Shown here: positions 24,306 to 35,438 of the stretch, piece after piece
How positions within the stretch are numbered: position 1 is the stretch's first letter
How the letters are laid out: every line of letters starts with the position of its first letter
Source of the DNA: Toensbergia leucococca
Taxonomy: Eukaryota
Assembly (NCBI GenBank): GCA_022813965.1
Contig: JALDZS010000079.1
Span: forward strand, 1 to 64,000
DNA length: 64,000 nucleotides
Direction of reading: 5' to 3'
Notes under the pieces: generated by a model
The model's input: only the letters and a program-made list of their open reading frames with translations
What the model was told of the DNA's origin: nothing
The model's database searches: none
Position numbers and translations under genes: made by a program

Positions 24306-25780
24306 ATGCCTCTCACCAACTTTACCGTCCCCGAGAAGTACAAATATCAGAATGGCTTCGCCTCCTACCATGAGTAATGTCTCGAACTGCCCCTCGTAGC
24401 AAACGATACTGACCGACCAGGTCTGAGGCGGTTGAGGGCGCGCTTCCAGTGGGTGGCAACTCGCCGCAGAAACCCTCGTATGGGCTTTATGCCGAGAAGC
24501 TCTCCGGGACGTCCTTCACCGCTCCCCGTCATGAGAATCAGCAGACTTGGCTCTACCGTATATTGCCTGCTGCCGCCCACTCTGCATTCGAGCCCCGGGA
24601 ATCCTCAACCTACAATACGAACCCAGAAGCTAAAAGGCTCCACCAAATCCCAAACCAGCTTCGATGGGATCCTTTCGATCTCGACGAGTCGGCGGACTGG
24701 ATCCACTCACTCAAACTCGTTGCCGGAGCGGGTGACCCAACCATGAAGCAAGGCCTGGGAATCTTCATCTTTGCCGCTGGCAAATCTATGGACCCGCACT
24801 CAGCATTCTATTCCGCTGACGGCGACTTCCTCATCGTCCTCCAACACGGCGTCCTCGACATCCGCACCGAACTCGGTCCTCTGCTCGTCCGGCCCAACGA
24901 GATCTGCGTCATCCCACGAGGCATCCGATACAATGTCTCCCTTTCCCACGGCCCAGTCCGTGGCTACATTCTCGAATTATACGAAGGCCATTTCCAGCTG
25001 CCAGAACTCGGCCCCATCGGCTCCAATTGCCTCGCCAACGCCCGCGACTTCCAAGCCCCCACCGCCTCCTTCACCGAAGACGCCTCAGGAGACACCACTT
25101 ACACACTAATCTCCAAGTTCGACGGCCACCTCTTCGCCGCCTTGCAAACCCACACTCCCTTCGACGTCGTCGCCTGGCACGGCCTCTACTATCCCTACAA
25201 ATACGACCTAGCCCGCTTCTCCGTCATCGGCAGTATCTCGCACGACCACCCAGACCCAAGCATCTTTACCGTCCTCACCGCACCATCCAACCGCCTAGGC
25301 ACCGCCGTCGCTGACTTCGTCATTTTCCCCCCACGCTGGCTCGTGCAGGAAGACACCTTCCGCCCCCCCTGGTATCACCGCAACACCATGTCCGAATTCA
25401 TGGGCCTCATACACGGTGACTACGATGCCAAGACCGGAGGCGGCTTCCGGCCCGCGGGCGCGAGTCTGCACAACGTGATGAGCGCGCACGGGCCGGATAG
25501 CGTGACGCATGAGAAGGCGTCGAGCTCGCAGCTGAAGCCGATGAAGGTTGGGGAGGGGAGCATGGCATTCATGTTTGAGAGTTGCCTAATGGTTGGGGTG
25601 ACGGAGTGGGGGCTCAAGCAATGTAAGAAGGTGCAGGAGGGGTATAATGCTGAAAGTTGGGAGCCATTGAAACCGCATTTTAAGAGGGCTGTGGGGAAGG
25701 AGGAATTGGCGAGGAATGGAAATGGAAATGGGGAGGATAGGCGGAGACCGGACTTGGGAGCCTGGGTTGGGGAGAGCTAG
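24306..25780 (+). CDS. hmgA: Homogentisate 1,2-dioxygenase
   Basis: [87 protein letters not shown]. One 5' intron. Confidence 0.97.
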
Positions 25781-26556
25781 ATTGGATTATAGCAGAAGAT
25801 TGGGGGAGTTGTAAATGTAGTCATGATGGGACGGCTAGTGGTGTATCTCTCAGCTTGCACAGTTGAACCATGTCTTGAACAAAAGATCTTGACCTCTCGG
25901 TGTAAGCGGTACACGATGTTTCTCCTCTAAGTTGCTCGTCAATTGAATTCCATGACTCTTGAAATGCCACGCTTTCTCGACAGCATACTGTCTAGTGATT
26001 AGGACCCTGAATCCTGTGACTCTCTGCATCCCTCCCTGACCGCAACTCTCATACGACGCTTGGCAGACAACTTCCATCGGGACGTGCTCCCCACCGCCCC
26101 TCTCAGAACTTGGCTCCTATTCCTCCTTCAGGTCTGAGCTGTAGTGACTAGGGGAAATGCAGAGAAGGCTATGTTGCAAACGCCTTGAGAGGGAAGAATG
26201 GAGATGGTGATGGAAAGATGTGATTGGGGCAAGGGTATCTTGATCACGTTGGTGAGGTTGAGTATTATAGCTTTCGATCGAATTAGATTAGGGGGGAGAT
26301 ATGCTAGTCTTGGCCGAGATCTTTGATTCTGATTGGGCTGCTAGCCATTCAAGTCAAAAGGACGAGTCTTTCATAGCTGATATAGAGCTCTTGCGGTGAG
26401 TGACGCTAATGCATGGCGGCGTTTGTGTGGACAAAAGTTGGCACACAGCCGGCAGTTTCCATTCTTGCGGTCAAGCTGAGATGCCATATCCGTAGGTCTT
26501 TACAGCTTCTTGATGTAAAGTGATCCTATGAAGTGAAATGGTGTGGGTGCGGAGTC

Positions 26557-28358
26557 TCACAGCCTATCCAGCAGAGACATGACAGTATCGCGCAATCCTT
26601 CGACAGGCACTTCCGACACGGCGCCAAGCCTTCGGCATTGCACCTCGCATCTCCGGCCTTGTCTCCAAGATCTTCCAAGAACAACGATGATGGGATAACC
26701 GATCAAATCCGCATCTTTCAGCTTCCAAACCATGTCTTTATCTCGATCGTCGAGGATAGCGTCGATGGAGCCCACGTTTCCGCTTGGTTGGTTGGCACAA
26801 GCGAGAAGATCCCACAATGCAGCAGCATCGGACTCGAATCCTTTGCCGGGAACGATGACGGTCTCGAAAGGGGCCATGATACGGGGCCAGTTGAGACCTT
26901 TGGCGTCGGCTAATGAATCAGCAACCGCTGCAATAATGCGTGAGACGCCAATGCCGTAGCAGCCCATCTGCATGATAGATCTATTTGATTGCTGCGTTTT
27001 TGAGGCCTCATCGGAGCTGTTCTCAGAGTGAGCGTGCGAGTTGGGGCTCGGAGTTGGGCCTGAAGAGAAATCTGGCGCAACACTGGCTTCCAGAGGCTCG
27101 CTGTATTTAGTACCTAAATAAAACGTGTGACCAAGCTCTGCTGCCGTCTGAATTACGAGTGATCCTCCGTCGCACTTTGGACATTTGCTGTCTGTATTCT
27201 TTACCAACTCTTCGTTGATGGCGTAGCTACATGAATTGCAGGTAATGATGTTGTCTTCTCCTTTCGGTGTCGGGAAGTGATATTCATGGCTCAGGCTACC
27301 GCCAATCTCACCAGAGTCTGCCTCTGCTGTCAAATATGGGATCTTGAACTCATCGAAGAATGCAGAGTAAGCACGTCGCACTGTTTCGTAAGTCTGTAAT
27401 GCTTTCTCTGGCGTTGCATCAAATGTGTACAGGTCTTTCATCAAGAACTCTCGCGTTCTCAAAAGCCCTTGGCGTGGACGTGGCTCATCTCGGTACTTGC
27501 GAGCTATAGAATTAGACATTGAAACGATCCGAAACACAAGAAACAGACGAACATATCTGGTACAAACGAAGTGGCAATTCCTTGTACGAACTGACGATAC
27601 TGCCAACAAGTGAAGTCATCTCTTCTTCATGAGTTGGGGACAGCAGGTAGTCAGCACCCTTTCGATCTCTTAGGCGAAAAAGCTGGACATAAATGATTAG
27701 ATAGCTGTTCTTTGAGATGTGGGCTGGGGAGGCTACCTCTGGGTTACTATCTCTTAGTCTGCCGGACCTCTTCCATAACTCCTCGGAAGAGAATGTCGAA
27801 AGAGAAACTTTAGATGCGCCTGGCACCTCTATCAACAAATGTACAGACACACAATGACATAAAGAATAGAAACGAAGTATGTACCAAGCTTGATCATATG
27901 CTTGTCAAGAAGTTGCTCAAGCTTCTCCTGTACCCTTAAACCTAGGGGAAGAAACTGAAAAAGACCAGAGTGCGCCTTTGGACCTATCTCAGCACCAAAA
28001 AATTGGCGCTGTGAGTGTCTGATGCACATACTTGGCGTAGAAACCCCCCCCTAATCAACATTGCATGCGAATCCTCTGGTCTGCTCTTTAGCATCTAGTC
28101 ATAGTATTGGGTAGGCTGGAGAAACCTTGCTCATGGTCATTGTAGGCGATGCCACCCGTCGGCGCCCAAAATGCTGATAAACGTCTTCGACCATCGTCCT
28201 TTAGGAATCAGAAGGCGCCCCTCATGTTCTCCGATAGCTGACTCACATGGAAGAAACGTAATTTCTGACCTCGATGAGACTTTGAGACGAGAACACACGT
28301 GCAATTGCAGCAGACGGCCTTGACTGTTTTTTGCAAAGACTGCATCCAGCATTCGCAT
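26557..28358 (-). CDS. Mitochondrial prolyl-tRNA synthetase (bacterial-type), spliced
   Basis: [98 protein letters not shown]. Start approximate. Confidence 0.92.
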
Positions 28359-28756
28359 ACGGAGACTTCAAAAAAGAATAAGAAATGGGGTTACTTTGGT
28401 AGAGAAGGGAGGAGGCAAGGGGGTACCTTATGTCCTTTTTTGCGGGCTAGAATAGAATATGGAGAAAACATGAGCCGGACCGGTTGCTATGCAACATGTC
28501 AACCAGAGACCAATAAGATGCAAGACGAGAATCATTTCTTGCTTCTTGCTACCTGCCTCCTGCTTCCAACCTACCTAGCAACTCGATTCGACTCAACAGC
28601 CCACTCTAATCGGATTGTACTGATCCGCCATACATTCAATAACCTCCGTCTTCCGACTTCCGAGTCAGCTACATGATAACCAGAACCGACTTGAGTACTG
28701 CAAATCTGACAGCGGCCCTATTTCTCTAACAGGCTGGGCCAGCAGCATCCAGAACC

Positions 28757-29548
28757 ATGCGCTTGGAACACATCTACCTCTTCTCTCTCCTCGCTGTACC
28801 GACAACCTCATCATCCGACTATGCGCCTTTCTCGTCACCCCAAATTGGAGGATTCCTTCGGGAGCCTGCAGGCCTCTTCGCCGAGCTGCAGCGGCGGCAA
28901 GACACTTGCCCCTCTGGCTATGAGTCATGCTCGAGCTTAGGCCAAGCAGGAAGCTGCTGCCATACAACCGCACCTTGTGCTCTGGACCAGGCGGGCCATG
29001 TAGCTTGCTGTCCAGAAGGCTCTTCGTGCACCGGAACAATCAATGTTGCGACGGTGGAGACTGGTACATCGACGTCATCAATTACTACAGCTACTACCAG
29101 TGGTCTCTCAGTGCTGGCCACGACTACAGCAAATACACCGCAGATCACGGATCAAAGTACCTTACAGAACGCTTATTTTCCTTTTGTGTACATACCAACC
29201 ACATACTCCAACGCAGCCGCCTGCTCTTCCTATTACTCGAGCTGCCAGACGGAATTTAGCAGTTGCACACAATCGCTAGGAGCTGGAGTCAACGGTGTGA
29301 CTGTATCCGGAGGGGGAGGAGGCATCACAGTTGAAGGCGCCTCTGCTACACTTTCGGCGGCTTCGATCTGTTCAAGCTTAAGCTCGCAAGCTTGCTTCGG
29401 TCTGCAGCTAGCGAATTGTCAAGTCTTTGGTACAGCTGGTAACACTGGGACGACGTCTTTCGTGAACGCAGTGCCCACGAAATGTGCTGGCCTTTATGGG
29501 TTAGGGGTTGGTGTTGGTATTGGTTTGGCAGGACAAATGCTTGGCTAA
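28757..29548 (+). CDS. Secreted, probably GPI-anchored Cys- and Ser/Thr-rich protein
   Basis: Hydrophobic N-terminus, RRQ cleavage-like site, Cys cluster CPSGYESC...CC...C...ACCP..C, Thr-rich linker, second Cys cluster and hydrophobic C-terminal tail. Confidence 0.75.
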   Translation: MRLEHIYLFSLLAVPTTSSSDYAPFSSPQIGGFLREPAGLFAELQRRQDTCPSGYESCSSLGQAGSCCHTTAPCALDQAGHVACCPEGSSCTGTINVATVETGTSTSSITTATTSGLSVLATTTANTPQITDQSTLQNAYFPFVYIPTTYSNAAACSSYYSSCQTEFSSCTQSLGAGVNGVTVSGGGGGITVEGASATLSAASICSSLSSQACFGLQLANCQVFGTAGNTGTTSFVNAVPTKCAGLYGLGVGVGIGLAGQMLG

Positions 29549-30242
29549 AGATGTGATTCTTGCTGAATGGGACTGGAAGCAGTAGTGAGCCGAACTTCAG
29601 AGCGATTGGCATTAGTCATCATTGGAGGGTGGACTGTGAAGAACAGTATGCTCAACTGCCACGACACATGACTACAAACGGAGCGAAGAGCGCTGATCGA
29701 GAGTCTAAAAAGCGTGGGTCTCAAATGAACGAAGGGATGAAGATGCAGTGCCATTTCGTTACGTAGGGCGTACTTGGGCTCTAATTCAATGAGCATGGTC
29801 GGTCTTGTCAAGAGCCTCTGGTTGCATATAAGAAGCGATGGCCTGACTGCATACAGCATTTACGGGGATGTGATACCCTTTTGTATTGGTTGTACAGAAA
29901 AAGACTTGTTTCCCTTTATCTAAATGCCAGTGCTTAGAAGTCGTCTTCAACTGCAAGGTCTCTGAGAAGATCTGCAATTGTTTCCACAACGGCTTTCTAA
30001 TAGCGAAAGGTTGAGGAAGAGAAGGTCGCTCGTGGGTATTTGAGTGTTTCGGCTAAGCTTCTCCACGGATCTAGTTGCGACTTCGGACATGATCGTCATC
30101 GCATGTTCTCATTCTGAAGAACATGTTCATTCCCAATATTACTTCTCTAGATTTCTTGCTCATCAATGTGTGGAAATCATTCGTTTCCACTATGTATCCC
30201 TGGCTCTATTGCATATAGTATACGGGATGCTCGAGACTCGAA

Positions 30243-32846
30243 ATGATAGTAAGAGAAGCTCTGGTGCCTCTGAGGCCCAGATATTATACTTCTTTACACA
30301 AGCCACTTTCTTTATCTCAATCGGCTTCTTTGTCCAGCTTTCCAGCAAAATCGGCTTATTCTGACACTATATCAAACCTCAAAATTGGATCTCATACTCG
30401 AGTGATTTTTCAGGGCTTCACAGGAAAACAGGTAGGTAGACGCAGAGAATCTACCGGACTATTTACGACGCTCATTCCTGCCGCTAGGCCACGCAAAATG
30501 CCATGCAGTCTCTTGAGTACGGTACTAGGCTTGTGGGTGGCGTGACACCTGGGAAGAATGGCGAGCATCTTGGCCTACCTGTACTACCAACCATGCGTGC
30601 CGTCAGTGAGAACAATCTCCGACTATTTGAACTGTGCTCATCAATCTGTCCGTTTTGCGATCATCGTAGGCCAAAGAGCAGTTGAAACCAGACGCAACCG
30701 CAGTGTACGTTGCCGCACATCAGGCTGCCACAGCCATTGAAGAAGCCATAGAAGCAGAAGTCCCACTCATTGTTGCCGTTGCTGAGCATATCCCATTGCA
30801 TGATCTACTCCGGGTGAGCCTGTAGCCTTGACTTCGAGAAACCAGATTTTGACGGAGCCATAATAGGTACAGTCAATGCTTAGATCACAATCGAAGTCCC
30901 GTCTAGTCGGCGCAAACTCGCCAGGCATAATCTCCGCAACAGGCCGATGTCGGATCGGGTTTCATCCTCTCCCTACTTTTAGGGCCGGTAAAGTTGGTAT
31001 TATTGCTAAATCTGGCACTCTAAGCTATGAGACCGTCGCATCTACATCCAGAGCAGGCATCGGCCAGAGCCTGGTCATCGGGATAGGCGGAGACGTTCTA
31101 CCTGGGACCGACTTCGTCGACGCGCTTCGAATCCTCGAGCATGACGATAACACAGAGGGGATAATTATTGTCGGAGAGATAGGAGGAAGAGCCGAAGAAG
31201 ACGCTGCGGCATGGATTCATGACTACCGCACGAGGACCATCAATCCGAAGTGAGTCATCGATCACAGAAGAATGCTCTTCCAGATATTGACAGAAACAAG
31301 ACCTATCATGGCCCTGGTAGCTGGCGCACAGACGGTGCCTGGTCGTGTCATGGGTCATGCTGGCGCATTCATATCCAGCGGTGAAGGCGATGCGATGAGC
31401 AAAGTAAGAGCACTTGAAGATGCTGGAGCAATCATTGTCCGCCATCCTTCGAAGTTCGGTGAGGGTATGAAAGAAATCCTAGCCAAGAGAAATTCTATAG
31501 TACCTTTGGTAAGCATTTCCATAGCTCTCCTCTTTGCTTGGCCTATCGAAGTTCATAAATCACATCCTTCCTGTAGCCAATCAAAAGTAAAGTCGAAAAA
31601 CGGCGGATACATACAATTACTCGGAGGCCCAGTATCCAACCTCGGAAACCTTTCCTAATTTCACACCAGCGTAACTTCTATATTCCTGAATTCCGTGCTT
31701 TCGACCTCTTGAAGAGTTACCAGATCCCGGTATCAAAGACTTCTGATATGCCGGGCACGGAGTATCTCCTTGCAATATCAATTGACAGGTCTACTCTCTC
31801 ACCATGTATTATCGTAGCCCCACAGACTATGATCGACAATACTTATCCTGGAATACGAAGATTTCCCTTTGAATATCACATGCTCCCTGGTAGCTGCGTT
31901 AATTCAGTGGTTGAATATCTTCAATGCGGGTCGGCTTCATTGCCTTCATTGTCTAAGATAGTTAATGGCTTGACGGATATCTTTTTCGAAAAAGAGGCCT
32001 TTCTGCTAGAGACAAGGCTTTTCCGGAATCAGGAGGGCGAGTTGGCAGTCATCAACGCCCGTTTTGGATTTGATGATGCTGCGTACCGAAGTAGTAAAAG
32101 GCAGGAAGACATGCAAGGATTAAGAGACAAGAAAAACGATGTTACCGAAGAAGTCGACGCTGAAAGAGATGGCATAGTCTATATCAAGTAAGATATCTCG
32201 CAAAAGAGGTAATCTTACGATATGCTGTTAACGCAGGGTGACCATTAGGCTCATCGGTGACGGCACGATAGGCACACTTGGTAAAAGCAATGTGTCTGGA
32301 ACACTTTGGATCATGGCTAATAACACAAAGTCAATGGCGCTGGCCTTGCAATGAACACCAACGACGCGATGACTGATCTCGGAGGCAAGTGTGCCAATTT
32401 TCTAGACACTGGTGGCAAAGCAACTAGCGAGACTGTGAAAAGCTCTTTTCGAATCATCTTAAAGGACCCGAGAGTCAATACGGTCTTCGTCAATATTTTT
32501 GGCGGTCTGACACTTTGTGATATAATTGCCGAGGGCATCATGCTGGCCTACAAAAACCTGGGCATATCGGTCCCGGTGGTGGTGCGTTTGAGAGGGACAA
32601 ATGAGGAAATTGGTCAAAGGATGGTAAGCTGAATATGCTGAGCCGTGTATTGGATGTCCGATCTCATTCTACCTTTTCAAAGGCGACAGTCTCTGCCTGT
32701 TCTCTCTTGGAAATATCGGGGCTGACCACTCCTAGATCGCCGAGAGTGGGCTTTCTTTACATGTATTCGACGACTTTGAGGAAGCGGCAAAGAAAGCCAT
32801 TGAGCTGTCCCAGCGAGGAACATGTTCCTCCATGGATCGGACATGA
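30243..32846 (+). CDS. Succinyl-CoA ligase-like alpha+beta fusion protein, spliced
   Basis: Alpha part: [55 protein letters not shown] (phospho-His). Beta part: [65 protein letters not shown]. Joined in frame through intron 31509-31576. Confidence 0.85.
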
Positions 32847-33186
32847 TTGACATAATTTGGCCAGGTCAATAGGGTCCATCAGGACAAGAGGGGCTCATGA
32901 AATATGGAAAGAAGATAAACATACTCGTATATGCCGATCAATGAGTGACCAAACCAAGGATGACGATAATCTGAGTGAAAACTTTGCGTCTCTGACCATT
33001 GTTGTATACTTGTGCTGTAAATATAGGACTGTGATTGGATTTGATCCCCAGATAATAAAGCATCGTCGCTTTCCAACGCTCCGTCTATCTGATTAGGGTC
33101 AGTAGTAGATTCGACTTCTCCAAGCCATACGGTGGCAAAACTTTGATTCGAAGCCTCACTGGAGCGATGATGGTGTTGAAGCAAAT

Positions 33187-34553
33187 CTATTCTATCTTAT
33201 GACTCCAATTAGTCTCCTCATCCCCATATTGTATATCCTCAATCCACTCCTTCATCTGTCCCGCTATCTCCCCCGCCTCTTGGTCCTTGCTCAGCCCGCA
33301 TTCGACGAGCCGATTGTTCCAACTGATCCGCCTGACCGGGCTCACCACTGCTGCTGTACCCGTTCCAAACGCCTCAATGAGCCGTCCTTCATCCGCCGCA
33401 CTTGCCAGTTCATGCATGGTGAATTTCCGCTCGTCAATAATCCAGCCCTGCGGTCCTAGCCTGTCCCTGGCAAGATCTAATACCGAGGCCCTTACCACAC
33501 CCTCTAATATAGTTCCATCCAAGGGTGCCGTAAGCAGCTCTTTCCGTCCCGTCTCCTTGTTCCTCATCGCAACGAAGAAATTCATTGTCCCTACTTCTGT
33601 AACATACTGCTCTTCCCCGAATAGCCACAAATTTTGGTGGAACCCCCGTTTCGCCGCTTGTAGCTGCGGAACGATACAAGGAGCGTAATTTGCACCAAGT
33701 TTCATGTCGCCGACACCGCCAGGCCAGGCGCGCACAGCGTAGTCGGTGGCTTCGAGAGAAACAGCCTTGAAGCCAGTAGGATAGTAGGGACCAACTGGGC
33801 AGGCTATTACGAAGAGAAGGGCAGAGCCTGGGGGCCCAACGCCGAGGGTTCGCTGGGTGCCAATCATAGTCGGCCGAAGGTAGAGGGAGTAGCCACGAGT
33901 GCTGCGAGGCTTCTATCAGCTTTTGTATATATTAGGAAACGTACAGAAGTTAAGCATACGCTGGAATGAATCTTTCTTCCAAAGTGCAGAATTTTGAGAG
34001 TAAGTCAATCATTGCTGAGCCTTCAAAATTAGGGAGAGCTAGTCTTGCAGAGGACTTGTTCAGGCGCGCCATATTTCTTTCAGGCCTGAATAATCTTACT
34101 TGGCCGGATTTGTTCTTGTAAGCTTTCATGCCCTCGAAGCATTCGAATGCATAATGGAAGACGCAGGTTGCGGGATCGAGGCTTAGATTCTGGTAGGGCG
34201 TTATTCGAGGTGAGAGCCATCCCTGCGATGCGGTCCATTCTATCGAAAGCATATGATCTGTAGTTGTATGAGTCTTGATCCGCTACCTGGCCACGGATGC
34301 TGCAGCGATTATCACCTGTAAAAGTGCTCCCAAACACGAGTTCTTCGGGAGGCATGAGCTCTTTAGGCGTCGTGGTTTTTAAGACTGATAGCTTTGACGG
34401 GTCGATACCTGGCAAATGGGCGATTGCTTCTTCCTCGGACTGTATGCTATAGGGTTTTCGGAATTGCCATGGTGCGACATATCGTACAGGTAGCTCTGGT
34501 CTTGTGCAATGGAGACAGGACCTTGCCGTCTTCAGGCAGGTCCGGCGAGCCAT
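33187..34553 (-). CDS. BAT1: Branched-chain amino acid aminotransferase, mitochondrial-type, spliced
   Basis: [80 protein letters not shown]. Arg-rich N-terminus. Confidence 0.95.
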
Positions 34554-34706
34554 GACGATGAGGTCCAATCTGTCTGGTCGAACCCTCTCAACCTAAAAAG
34601 TGTCAGGCGAAAATTCCAATTGGTATCGCAATCGATGTTTGAGTCATGCCCTAATTCCTGCATTGACATGTCGAGTAGAAATTTAACCCGACGGTACGGA
34701 GTGACC

Positions 34707-35167
34707 ATAAATAGAATACCGTATTTAGCGCATGCAATTCATCTGCGACATCTTGGCACCGCAGATCACCACACACTTCCACACGAATTACTATGCCTCC
34801 ACCATATCTACATCAAATTTAGTCCTGTAAGCTTGATAGTCACTGAGAATCACTCAGAAGCGTTTGATGACATCATTCAATAGGTGAGTAAGGATTATAA
34901 AGGCTTAAGGGATTTCAATAGTAATGGTAGTTCACCCCCCTCAAAATTGACATACTGCGGGCATGACTCACAACGCTACTAGAATTCATAGATGAGTGAT
35001 ACTTTTCTACTGAATGATGTTCTCAGACGATTCTTTGAAAGCTGTTAAGCTTACAGTACTAAATTTGATGTAGGTATGATGTGGGCATAGGAATTTGTGT
35101 GGAAGTGTGTGGTGATCTGCGGTGCCAAGATGTCGCAGATGAATTGCATGCGCTAAATTCTATTTAT
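34707..35167. mobile_element. Fold-back / MITE-like element with ~150-bp imperfect inverted repeats
   Basis: TTTAGCGCATGCAATTCATCTGCGACATCTTGGCACCGCAGATCACCACACACTTCCACAC at ~34724 is the reverse complement of ~35097-35157. Similarity decays inward. No coding capacity. Confidence 0.8.
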
Positions 35168-35438
35168 CTAGCCTTACAGAGCCAGTGAACTAATAAAGCT
35201 GTCAATGATCTGATACAAATTCTTGATTTTTACAAGTCATAGGATTGTGCTTAGTCATAGAACTGTTCCTACAGTGAAGCTACGCTATCCATTGAGCGTG
35301 CCACAGGGCGCAGACGTACTCGGAAGACGTTGTTGAGTGACAGGAGTGATAGATCATTTCGAATTGATACTGGATGACTTTGATCTTTCGAGCTTCATAT
35401 GAGATCGAAGAGCGCACTTCCAGATTCAAAGCACAGCA

